A stretch of DNA of 64,000 bases from an uncultured Gammaproteobacteria bacterium (GTDB taxonomy: Bacteria > Pseudomonadota > Gammaproteobacteria > DRLM01), in NCBI GenBank assembly GCA_963729605.1, contig CAVSNY010000007.1, positions 320,001-384,000 of the forward strand, in the 5' to 3' direction. Shown piece by piece: positions 1 through 8,402 of this stretch. A program made the position numbers and the translations under genes. How positions within the stretch are numbered: the first letter of the stretch is position 1; each line of letters opens with the position of its first letter. The notes beneath the pieces were generated by a model. That model saw nothing but the letters and a program-made list of their open reading frames with translations. It did no database searches and was not told the origin of the DNA.

Positions 1-592
1 ACCAAAGTCGCGCCGTTAATTCCCTCATATCCCTTTTACGAACCGGTTAAATCGATTTTGTTGGAAGGCGCCGGCCTCTTTGAATTTCCTGTGCAATGGC
101 TGGCCCTGTTCGGAATCGGTGTCTTCACATTATTTCTATCACACCGCTTGATGAAAAAACGCTGGCTGATGTAACGGCGGTCGTTGAAAGCCGCTGTGCT
201 GTATCCATCGGGCGCGATGCCCAATTTCAGTACATGGCTTAAGTTATACGGCTGGCTTTTCCAAAATGAAAGGTTATGCTTTTCTATAGCAAGTCGTTGA
301 TCATCCGCTGCGATGCAGTGTTTGGCCCGCAGTGCCGTCTCGGTGATTCAAGGTGTAGGTTCTTTAGCCGGACGACATGCGGCGCCGGCCTCTCACGGAA
401 TTCAAAGTTCCGCCCTAGCCCATTCTGGTGAGTTGTCTGCCCGCAAATCTCTTGGATATCTGATCCGGTTGATCGTTCCGGCCCTGTCGAATCAAGTCGG
501 CCCTAATGCTAGCCCGTCTTCATCCTCGGTTGACACTCACCGGTCATCGGCACCCCGCTTGCAGATATTTGCATTAATAGAAGGACCGCGAC

Positions 593-2695
593 ATGAATCC
601 ACAAGCCCGTAAGCGGCTGCGCATCGCCGCTTGGTCGTTGGGCATCCTCGCGGTGCTGGCCATCGGCATCGTGCTGTGCGAATGGGTCGGCTGGCCTTTT
701 CTGAAGAACCCTTTGCAGAACAGCCTCGCGCAGCGGCTGCAACGGCCGGTCGAGTTCGGTGATGAATTCAGACTCAAGTTATTCGGTTCGATACGGCTCG
801 ACGCCAGCGCCTTGCGCATCGGCCCGCCGGCCGATCTTGCCGCGGATTCGCCGTTGGGCGGTGATCTGGTCAACGCGCGTAACGCCCACCTGGAGATTCC
901 GTATTCCACGGTCTGGCAGATCATTCGAAAACAGGATCGGCAACGGCCGCCACGGATCACGTCGTTGCGTTTTGACGAGATCGACGCGGCGCTCAAACGC
1001 ACGGCCGACGGCCGCGCGAATTGGGTATTCACGACACCCGCGCCGGAGGAGGCCAAACAGCCCGCATCGTTGCCGATCGTCGACGAACTGGTGGTCGAGC
1101 GCGGACGTCTGGTGTTCGATGATGCCATTCTCAAGATTGCGCTCGACGCCAAGGTCAGCACCCATGAAGGCGCGCGGGCGGGCGAGATGAATAAACAGCG
1201 TGGCCTGCTCGTCGAAGGCCGGGGCCAACGCGAAGAACAGCCCTTCGATTTCCGCGTTACGTCATCCGGCGTGTTGCCGCTGGCGGCGCGCGATGCCTCC
1301 AGCGTGGTGCCCATCACCATCCGCCTCAACAGCGGCGAGTCGAAGTTCGGTTTCGACGGCGCAGGCGCCGACCTGTTCAGCCTTCAAGCTATCGATGGCG
1401 AGGCGACGCTCGCCGGCCAATCGCTCGCCAAGGTGGGCGACGCGCTCGGTCTCACCCTGCCCACCACCGAGGCCTTCACGCTCAAGGGACGTTTGAGAAA
1501 ATCGGGTCAGGTCTGGACCCTCGAACAAGCCGACCTCGCCGTGGGCGACAGCCGGCTGGGCGGCGAATTCACGGTGGACCGCCGTCCCGCGGTGCCGCTG
1601 CTGACCGGTCAACTCACCGGCTCGCGGTTGGTGCTGGCGGATTTGCTGCCGGCCTTCGGGGCGGCGAGGCCGGGTACCGGTAATCCCAAGCCGCCGCCGG
1701 GGCAGGTGGTGCCCGAAAAAGAATTCGACATTCCCGCGCTGCACGCGATGAACGCGGACGTGAAAGTGCGCTTGCAGCGCGCCGAACTCGGCGATCTGTT
1801 TCGCCAGCCGTTGGCGCCGTTGGAAGGCGACCTCTCGCTCGATGCCGGCGTGCTGACATTGACCAATGTGCTCGCGCGCGCGGCCGGCGGCGAAGTTAAG
1901 GGAAAGCTGGGTCTGGACGGAACGCAGGAAAATCCGCTGTGGACGGTGGACCTGCGCTGGGCCGGCATCGAACTCGACCAGTGGCTGAGGCCGCGCAACG
2001 CGATGTCGCAATCGGATAAACCTTCCGGCGAGAAGCCGGGTTATATCTCGGGCAAGCTCGGCGGTCACGCGCAGCTCGAAGCGCGCGGCAAATCGACACA
2101 GCGGATGATTGGGTCGACCGACGGAACGGTCCAAGCGTGGGTGCGCGATGGAACGATTTCCCATCTGGTGATCGAGGCGGTCGGCATCGACATCGCTCAG
2201 GGTCTCGGCTTGCTGCTGGTCGGCGATGACGCGCTGCCGATGCACTGCGCGGTGGTGAAGGCCGATGCGAAGAACGGCACTTTTACACCGGAAGTCGCCC
2301 TCGTCGATACCCGTGATTCGACGGTGTTCATAGAGGGCAGCGTCTCTCTCGCCGACGAACGTTACGCGCTCAAGATGACTTCGAAACCGAAGGATATTTC
2401 GCCCGCAACTTTGCGTACGCCGGTGCGGATGGAAGGCAGTTTCGCAAAACCGGAACTCACGCTCGAGAAAAAACCGATCGCCGGCCGGGTGCTCGCCGCC
2501 GTGGCGCTCGCGGCGATTCATCCGCTGGCCGCGCTGATCCCGTTTTTCGATGTGGGAGACAAGGACGCGGTGGACGGCTGCCGAAATGCCTTGCAGCGGT
2601 TGCGCGATGCCGACGGACCCGCGACGGCGCGCGTCGAGCAGGCGCCCAAGCCCGCGGCCCGCCAAGAGACCGCACCCGCGCCGCCCGGCGAATAG
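593..2695 (+). CDS. AsmA family protein (YhjG-like)
   Basis: 700-aa ORF with N-terminal TM anchor, DGRANW motif and AsmA-type C-terminus (VDTRDSTVFIEGSVSL...LRTPVRMEGSFAKP). Confidence 0.85.
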   Translation: MNPQARKRLRIAAWSLGILAVLAIGIVLCEWVGWPFLKNPLQNSLAQRLQRPVEFGDEFRLKLFGSIRLDASALRIGPPADLAADSPLGGDLVNARNAHLEIPYSTVWQIIRKQDRQRPPRITSLRFDEIDAALKRTADGRANWVFTTPAPEEAKQPASLPIVDELVVERGRLVFDDAILKIALDAKVSTHEGARAGEMNKQRGLLVEGRGQREEQPFDFRVTSSGVLPLAARDASSVVPITIRLNSGESKFGFDGAGADLFSLQAIDGEATLAGQSLAKVGDALGLTLPTTEAFTLKGRLRKSGQVWTLEQADLAVGDSRLGGEFTVDRRPAVPLLTGQLTGSRLVLADLLPAFGAARPGTGNPKPPPGQVVPEKEFDIPALHAMNADVKVRLQRAELGDLFRQPLAPLEGDLSLDAGVLTLTNVLARAAGGEVKGKLGLDGTQENPLWTVDLRWAGIELDQWLRPRNAMSQSDKPSGEKPGYISGKLGGHAQLEARGKSTQRMIGSTDGTVQAWVRDGTISHLVIEAVGIDIAQGLGLLLVGDDALPMHCAVVKADAKNGTFTPEVALVDTRDSTVFIEGSVSLADERYALKMTSKPKDISPATLRTPVRMEGSFAKPELTLEKKPIAGRVLAAVALAAIHPLAALIPFFDVGDKDAVDGCRNALQRLRDADGPATARVEQAPKPAARQETAPAPPGE

Positions 2696-2837
2696 GTTCG
2701 ATGGATTGGAGCCGCACTTTGCTGTAGCGAGCGCCACGCTACGCACATGATGAGGTGGTTAAACCGGTCAAGACCGCTTGGAAAAATCGCCCGCCGTTGT
2801 CCGTGACAAGACGCGCAATCCCGGTTTTCGCGGACGG

Positions 2838-2978
2838 TTATTTCAATGGCGAACCGTGTTGATCACGCGATTTGCGGCGGTTGCGGCGGATCACTATGAA
2901 CACCGAGACGAGTGCGACGGCGAGGGTGAGCACGGCGACCACTTCGACGATGATGAAGATTGTGGGTATGGAGGACAT
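2838..2978 (-). CDS. small single-pass membrane protein
   Basis: 46 aa MSSIPTIFIIVEVVAVLTLAVALVSVFIVIRRNRRK: hydrophobic stretch then basic stop-transfer; AAGGA upstream. Confidence 0.45.
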   Translation of the reverse strand: MSSIPTIFIIVEVVAVLTLAVALVSVFIVIRRNRRKSRDQHGSPLK

Positions 2979-3154
2979 GGATTTCCTTGGTTGGCTTTCC
3001 TCGGCAGCAAGAGCTGAAAATATATCAATCTTATTAGTGGCGCCGCGCGCATCGACTGAAGCGGGTCGCAAATCGTGTGCGCGATCGCGCCCCTGCCTGC
3101 TTGGGTCGTATGAAACGCATGTCCACCGCTCCAATGATCGTAAGTGATATTGCT

Positions 3155-3379
3155 TTATTCCAGGCTCCACTTGATCTGGAACTCGATCTCCTCTTCGCTG
3201 CTGGACCTTTCGTGCTCGACAGTAAATTCGGCGCGGACCGGAACATGGATACGCTCCCCGGCAATTTGGATTTCAAAGCGCTCGCCATGTTCGATGGCAT
3301 CCGCCAAGCGGCGGAGCTTGGCCACGAACTCGGCTTTTGAATAAGCTTTTTCCACATCTCGCTTGCTGTTTGAAGGCAT
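3155..3379 (-). CDS. amphi-Trp domain-containing protein
   Basis: RDVEKAYSKAEFVAKLRRLADAIE...EEEIEFQIKW; start placed at ATG 3379 behind GGAGAGG. Confidence 0.85.
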   Translation of the reverse strand: MPSNSKRDVEKAYSKAEFVAKLRRLADAIEHGERFEIQIAGERIHVPVRAEFTVEHERSSSEEEIEFQIKWSLE

Positions 3380-3804
3380 CTTTTTACCTCTCCTAGAAAT
3401 TGTGGTCTCACGGTTTCTCGATAGTCGCCATGCCGCCGTCATTGCGTAAATTGCACAGGCGCCGGGGACTAGATTTTCGCATCATACTGCAAATCCATCC
3501 CCATTTGCCGCCGGTCGATTGTTCACCGCGCGTCCTCGTCGCCAAGTTGGTCCATCGGCGCCGCATTGAAAGTTGTACTGAGCACAACCTGGTTCAGGCA
3601 CCATTAAATCCCTTCTTTAAACGGGGAAAGGCTGGATTGAGATTAAGGGTCATCGTGATGCGAAAGGTTTGGCGCTTCTTCAGCGTCGCAACGGAATGAC
3701 CGGCGCGGCCGGCATGGCAAGCCGGCGATCCATGATCTATGCTTTTTTAAGGCTGATAGATTTACCGCATAACTCCCCCAGCAAAACTGTCTTGGAGAAA
3801 TCGC

Positions 3805-4329
3805 TTGCCTCCGGAAATGATTTTGCCGGCCCTGCTGGTTTTCCAAGGCGTCGTCGGCGGTGTCGATACGCTGGTTAATCACGAAATCATCGAGCGCTTG
3901 CCGCACCGCGTCGAAGCGCGCAACGAGATCGGCCTGCACTGGATACGCGAAACCATTTACGCGTGTTTGTTCGGCGGTTTGGCTTGGTTCGAATTTCATG
4001 GCGCCGCGGCGGTGTTCATCGTCGCGTTGCTGATCGGCGAAATCATCGTCACCGTATGCGACGAATACATAGAAAATCAGATCCGCGTCCTACCGCAGAA
4101 CGAACGGGTGCTGCACGTATTGCTCACTCTCAATTTAGGGCTGGTGATCGCCGTGCTGGTGCCGACCCTGATCGGTTGGGGCAGCTTGCCCACCGGATTG
4201 GCGCCGGTCGAATACGGATTGCTTTCCTGGATACTCAGCGGGTTCGCCTTGCTGGGCGTAGGCTGGGCAATACGCGATTTTATCGCCTGGCGAAAATTGC
4301 GGCGCTTGAGCGGCGCGAGCGCTGCGTGA
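3805..4329 (+). CDS. membrane protein resembling the N-terminal domain fused to some TIGR01777 epimerases
   Basis: 174 aa, several TM helices, GGVDTLVNHEIIERL and LPQNERVLH motifs. Confidence 0.6.
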   Translation: MPPEMILPALLVFQGVVGGVDTLVNHEIIERLPHRVEARNEIGLHWIRETIYACLFGGLAWFEFHGAAAVFIVALLIGEIIVTVCDEYIENQIRVLPQNERVLHVLLTLNLGLVIAVLVPTLIGWGSLPTGLAPVEYGLLSWILSGFALLGVGWAIRDFIAWRKLRRLSGASAA

Positions 4330-4483
4330 TGAAGTCAATACAAGAGACTGTCCAATTAAACGCAATACCTCTGCGATTCGGCAAGGGCTTTCGCGGTGCT
4401 TTAGGCAAGACTAGAGTGTAATGCGGGAGAGTCTATAGATACGCTTGTTTCCTCACTCAATCACTATTCCCAATTCAGAGCAG

Positions 4484-4555
4484 GTAGGATGCGGTGAGCA
4501 TCGCGATCCGCATCAATCGTGAACGGTGCGGTTCATTTCATTCACCGCATCCTAC
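4484..4555. repeat. GTAG-family REP pair (REPIN-like)
   Basis: GTAGGATGCGGTGA ... TCACCGCATCCTAC terminal inverted repeat with internal palindromes. Confidence 0.8.
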
Positions 4556-4562
4556 TTTTTCT

Positions 4563-5540
4563 TTACGACCAATGATGCAGAGCAACAGATTTCGGTTGTG
4601 CAAAGCGAAAGCTTCTTGAAATGCCGTCCCCTTCGAATCGCGACGTAGCGCTACCAAACACAACTTCTTCTGTCGTTGACCAGCCGTAAAGTATGGAACC
4701 ATACAAACCGGAATTGAGGCTATGTTTGGATTGCTCGTCTGTCTTGAGCCTGATTGTTGCTCTCGAAAATGGGTGGCTTTCCCCAAATGTGTAGATTGGT
4801 AGACGCGCCGCGGCTCGAACCGCATTGGCAAAGCATTCCGATTTCGTGCTCGCCTCAACTTCGGAAGAGGCGGCCATTCTCTCTATAAATTGAGCGAGAT
4901 CTCTTGAGCAATTTAGCAGAAGCAGAATTGCTTCCCAAACAAGGGTTGTTATAGAGAAAGTATCGTTCTGGGCATGGAACGTTCTGCTTGGGCAGACCAC
5001 TCCAGACTCGACTCCTTCAATAAAGTAACCGTGTAAGCACCCTTCCTTACCGGCTTTCGAATACTCCAAAGAGAACATTCGTATCCGAGCCTGCTGATGC
5101 TTTAGGTTATTTGCCGCAGCCGACAGAAAGCGCTTGTGCTCTTTAAGACGCTTGTCGAGTTGCCGATAGTATGGGCTCTTGTCCCGCAGTTGCTTCGACT
5201 TAAAGAATCCGGACGCAATTGCATATATGTCATCAACGTGCTCGGCCGCCGCGTATAGCGATAACTCGATATAGTCAATCACCTCCTCCATTAGCGCATT
5301 TTCTTTCTTCAGTAGATCAATTTTAGAAGAGGCCAAAAAGTAGGATTCCAACCTGCTGCACAAGCGAAATAGCTTATTGCATAGGCGCGACGTCGAAACG
5401 TTGTAAATTCCTATAGGCAGGCGAAGGTTGCTTGTTGTATGAAAACAGCGCTCGACATTTACTTTCAACAAGACAAGGTGCGCTTGAAGGCTGGATGGCG
5501 CTTCTTTCGTAAGATCGACTTCGTAGATTTCCTTGCTCAC
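4563..5540 (-). CDS. hypothetical cassette-type protein, possibly HEPN-like
   Basis: 325-aa AT-rich ORF, helical N-terminal half, ANNLKH motif; GTG start just downstream of GTTAGGG. Confidence 0.7.
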   Translation of the reverse strand: MSKEIYEVDLTKEAPSSLQAHLVLLKVNVERCFHTTSNLRLPIGIYNVSTSRLCNKLFRLCSRLESYFLASSKIDLLKKENALMEEVIDYIELSLYAAAEHVDDIYAIASGFFKSKQLRDKSPYYRQLDKRLKEHKRFLSAAANNLKHQQARIRMFSLEYSKAGKEGCLHGYFIEGVESGVVCPSRTFHAQNDTFSITTLVWEAILLLLNCSRDLAQFIERMAASSEVEASTKSECFANAVRAAARLPIYTFGESHPFSRATIRLKTDEQSKHSLNSGLYGSILYGWSTTEEVVFGSATSRFEGDGISRSFRFAQPKSVALHHWS

Positions 5541-5562
5541 GATTGAATCTTTTCCGAGCCCG

Positions 5563-5590
5563 CCCTAACTTAAAGTAGACATCCTAATTG
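5563..5590 (-). other. attI-like site (copy 4)
   Basis: minus strand AATTAGGATGTCTACTTTAA-GTTAGGG; 16/18 identical to GGGTGTCTACTTTGAGTT at the attI position near 62600. Confidence 0.65.
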
Positions 5591-5612
5591 AAATGGCTAA
5601 TAAGTAAAAATT

Positions 5613-5770
5613 GGGGTAGATTCATTTTATTATTTAGCCAATTACAAACTACTACGCATTTGACATAGCTTTTTGTGGCTTGCCGGGTGCGCACTTTTCA
5701 ATCCGCCTTCTTACTATTTCTTCCACCTTGTCTACGAAAGATGCTATCCAAAGGGATAAATAAATCTGTC
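5613..5770. mobile_element. non-autonomous element with GGGACAGATTTATTT-type inverted ends and a RAYT transposase C-terminal remnant
   Basis: ends ggggtagattcattt / aaataaatctgtc; minus strand translates FVDKVEEIVRRRIEKCAPGKPQK*; near-duplicate at 6845-6996. Confidence 0.65.
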
Positions 5771-5783
5771 TTGGTTTTCGAGG

Positions 5784-6707
5784 TCAAATAAGTTCCTCAT
5801 TGGGCTCCTTTGGTAAGCGGGCTAAATTTGCATTCAATGCATCTGCGTCGATTTGCGGCGCTGCGCCCGGCGCGTATTTCTGAGGCATTGCTGCAAACAT
5901 ATGAGGCGTTACGATACCAAGAAAAGCCTGCAAGTCTAGCCCATTGGATATAGCCGGAATAATCGGCGCGTCGCTATCGGCTGTTGTGCCGGTATAATAT
6001 CTTTGCCCGCCACCACCCTTATGGACCCCTGATTTTTTATGTCGCCAGGCGACGATACAGCGTGGACCAACGGAGTTGTTTGTGAGGCCGAGATGAACCT
6101 TGTAATTAAGAGTGGCAAGATAATCAGTAACTGCGGTTGCTGGGATTTTTAGATTGTCGTGCGCGCGGACTACGTGAAGTAATTCGCGAATCCACTTCTT
6201 GTCTTGCACTAAATAAGCTAAACCAGAGCCCCCGATGCTTAATCGTGGGGTTCGAGGTGATTGATTTGTCGTCGTGCCCACGATGTGACGTATGTAGCGA
6301 AAATTGTAAGTCTTTCGATTGGGCGCAAAAGCAATATCGATAGAGTAGAAACGTGGCTCATCGTTCATGAATGCTGGGATAAAGACGCTATGAGCAGGCT
6401 GGTTGGGTCCCACCATTCGCGATAGGTGCCGGGGAAACTGCTTTTGAAGAGCTGAGGCAAGCACGCCTAACGACTTCTCAAGCGGCAGCTTTCTACCTCG
6501 TAGTACCGCACTCATCCAGTCTGCGGGCTCGGTTCCTTTGGTAGTCGCGCCAAGCCCAGCATAGCCAAGAATGGCGACCCCATCGATTGTCTCTAGGAAC
6601 ATTAGCTTGCAAGCGTCGTCTTTGGGTGGACGACCAGGGTGGGATAGACGTCTATCGGCCAGCAGCCAGATCGTTTCTGGGCCATTAATCGTGAGTATGA
6701 GGGTCAC
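5784..6707 (-). CDS. Ntn-hydrolase / proteasome-beta-like hypothetical protein (cassette gene)
   Basis: 307 aa beginning M-T-LILT...ADRRLS...K...GYAG, later IGGSG; pattern of HslV/proteasome beta subunits. Confidence 0.6.
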   Translation of the reverse strand: MTLILTINGPETIWLLADRRLSHPGRPPKDDACKLMFLETIDGVAILGYAGLGATTKGTEPADWMSAVLRGRKLPLEKSLGVLASALQKQFPRHLSRMVGPNQPAHSVFIPAFMNDEPRFYSIDIAFAPNRKTYNFRYIRHIVGTTTNQSPRTPRLSIGGSGLAYLVQDKKWIRELLHVVRAHDNLKIPATAVTDYLATLNYKVHLGLTNNSVGPRCIVAWRHKKSGVHKGGGGQRYYTGTTADSDAPIIPAISNGLDLQAFLGIVTPHMFAAMPQKYAPGAAPQIDADALNANLARLPKEPNEELI

Positions 6708-6768
6708 TTCTAATCCCCGTATTTGAGCTGCATGCTTATTTTGAATTAATACTATTGCTATGTGTGCT

Positions 6769-6835
6769 GCCTAACGTGTATTAGACACCCTAATTTTTGC
6801 GTCTTTCTTTGCGCCAGGCTGGTGTGTAATTCTGT
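6769..6835 (-). other. attI-like site (copy 3)
   Basis: minus strand GAATTACACACCAGCCTGGCGCAAAGAAAGACGCAAAAATTAGGGTGTCTAATACAC-GTTAGGC. Confidence 0.7.
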
Positions 6836-6844
6836 ATAAAAATT

Positions 6845-6996
6845 GGGACAGATTTATTTTATTCTCTCGTCAATCACAAACTACTACGCATTTGGCGCAG
6901 CCTTTTGCGGACTGCCGGGGGCGCGCTCAATCCGTCTTCCTACTATTTCTTCTACTTGTCTACGAAAAGATCCTCTCCAAAGGGATAAATAAATCT
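6845..6996. mobile_element. second copy of the GGGACAGATTTATTT-bounded RAYT-remnant element
   Basis: gggacagatttattt ... aaataaatct; minus strand EIVGRRIERAPGSPQKAAPNA* (frameshifted relative to the first copy). Confidence 0.65.
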
Positions 6997-7016
6997 ATGG
7001 TTTTGCAGAACCATGC

Positions 7017-7046
7017 GGCGGAACGCCCTTTGGGCTTCCGCCCTAC
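7017..7046 (-). repeat. GTAG-family REP
   Basis: GTAGGGCGGAAGCCCAAAGGGCGTTCCGCC; near-identical copy at 63868-63896. Confidence 0.75.
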
Positions 7047-7048
7047 GA

Positions 7049-7082
7049 GCTTGCGGCACGTCGGCTGCATGGAAGGTTGAGC
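7049..7082 (-). other. left half of an attC site (truncated)
   Basis: minus strand GCTCAAC (RYYYAAC) CTTCCATGCAGCCGACGTGCCGCAAGC, then interrupted by the REP. Confidence 0.6.
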
Positions 7083-7110
7083 CGCTTGAAAAGATGCGCC
7101 CGCAAGCGGG

Positions 7111-7320
7111 TCATTTGCCGCCTGTCTTAAGAGGCGGGGTGCCCTCTTTGAAAATTCCTCGCAGCTGGTTGCGAAACTCGGGGCTGTCATCGTGCCCGTG
7201 CACGGCCATGGCGTGTTGCACGGCAGCCTCCAGGAGCTCTTCTTCGCTGTCGGCCGATATGGCGATCGTGCAATTCATTTCGCTTGGAAATTCACGGCAG
7301 TCTATGTATTTGCGAGCCAC
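7111..7320 (-). CDS. DUF1059 domain-containing protein (small putative metal-binding protein)
   Basis: ARKYIDCREFPSEMNCTIAISADSEEELLEAAVQHAMAVHGH; GTG start after GGAGG. Confidence 0.85.
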   Translation of the reverse strand: MARKYIDCREFPSEMNCTIAISADSEEELLEAAVQHAMAVHGHDDSPEFRNQLRGIFKEGTPPLKTGGK

Positions 7321-7398
7321 GATGACCTCCTTCAAACTGTGAATGAGTGCCGTTGGTTTGTGGGTTAGTTGCTGGGTTGCACCCAAGTCCACCGTAGC

Positions 7399-7476
7399 GC
7401 CTAAGTGTATTGGACCACCTAATTGGCGTCTTCTTTACGCCAGTGTGGTGCGTAATTCCAGCATCGTCAATATGGG
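7399..7476 (-). other. attI-like site (copy 2, core G missing)
   Basis: minus strand ...CTGGCGTAAAGAAGACGCCAATTAGGTGGTCCAATACAC-TTAGGC; about 70 bp nearly identical to 8331-8402. Confidence 0.6.
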
Positions 7477-7478
7477 AT

Positions 7479-7516
7479 AAATAAATCTGTCCCGATTTTG
7501 CCCTCAAGCGTTATGC
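7479..7516 (-). other. attC stub (GCATAAC GCTTGAG) fused to a GGGACAGATTTATTT end
   Basis: minus strand GCATAACGCTTGAGGGCAAAATCGGGACAGATTTATTT shortly after the stop of 7532..8308; GCATAAC is complementary (6/7) to the GTTATAC at that gene's start. Confidence 0.6.
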
Positions 7517-7531
7517 CGCTGGAAGGTAAGG

Positions 7532-8308
7532 CTAAAAGGGAATATCTTCATCGATGGTCTTGGGCGTTGGCTTCCTAAGCACAAACAGCGATTCGTTGTT
7601 CTCAACCCAACTCCACCCCGCGTCCGTAAGCCGCGCTGTGCTGTAGACGTGGTCTCGGTGTTCGTCCCATTCTTCTTTGACCTCAATGAGTTTCTTAGAC
7701 GCAAGGCGGCGGAAGGCGAGCGAAAATCCGATTGCTGTCAGCCCGGAGCGTTCTGAGTCTTCCTTGAGCGAGTAAACGGTCGCGGCGGCGCCAGGAAGTG
7801 CTGTGTCACCTGCAAGTATTGCGAGTACCATCAACTCAGTCTGGGTTAGACCTTGAGTCGGAGCTATCTGTTCAGACTCGGTGATCTGGCGCAGGGCCTC
7901 CGTCTTGTTCAGGAGGGCCTTTATACGCTCAGTCAAAGCCGCCTTCAGATTCTCGAAGTCGCTCGATGACTCAGGCTTGTAGTTGATAACCGTTCGGTGC
8001 TGAATGTGGAATGGATACCTCCCGGAGGTTCGTTCGTTGGAACATACCATCACTACCGGACGGCCCGATGCAAAAGCAAACCCCAGTTCGTACCAGACGT
8101 TCGGGTTATCGGTTGTGATGTCGGCAAGGCAGACTGCTGCGTTGCGGATACCTTGCTCAATGGCGTCGATCGGTACCTCTACCCCGGGATCGCGATCGAC
8201 CCGGTAAGCCTCAAGACCGGCCTCTTTAATAGAGGGGACATAGATGTCATCGAAGCGCTTGTCGAACTTCCCCGCGTCAAAGGGCTGGATCACGAAGCAA
8301 TTGGGCAT
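7532..8308 (-). CDS. nucleoside 2-deoxyribosyltransferase-like (TIR-like Rossmannoid) protein with probable C-terminal winged helix
   Basis: CFVIQPF...YRVD...ADITTDNPNVWYELGFAFASGRP...PFHIQHR; C-terminal LASKKLIE...ARLTDAGWSW. Confidence 0.8.
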   Translation of the reverse strand: MPNCFVIQPFDAGKFDKRFDDIYVPSIKEAGLEAYRVDRDPGVEVPIDAIEQGIRNAAVCLADITTDNPNVWYELGFAFASGRPVVMVCSNERTSGRYPFHIQHRTVINYKPESSSDFENLKAALTERIKALLNKTEALRQITESEQIAPTQGLTQTELMVLAILAGDTALPGAAATVYSLKEDSERSGLTAIGFSLAFRRLASKKLIEVKEEWDEHRDHVYSTARLTDAGWSWVENNESLFVLRKPTPKTIDEDIPF

Positions 8309-8323
8309 ACGAGTCTCACAAAG

Positions 8324-8402
8324 GTATAACGTGTATTAAACACCCTAATTGGCGTCTTCTTTACGCCAGTGTGGTGTGTAATTCCAGCATCGTCAATATG
8401 GG
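8324..8402 (-). other. attI-like site (copy 1)
   Basis: minus strand TTGACGATGCTGGAATTACACACCACACTGGCGTAAAGAAGACGCCAATTAGGGTGTTTAATACAC-GTTATAC, 15 bp before the ATG. Confidence 0.7.

Noticed and set aside
36-300. AT-rich ORF fragment at the window start
   Set aside because: Short, with no recognisable motif or clear start; it cannot be supported.
1262-2746. Long antisense ORFs (also 31697..33514, 20912..22081, 53133..54230 and others)
   Set aside because: These are high-GC shadow frames opposite well-supported genes.
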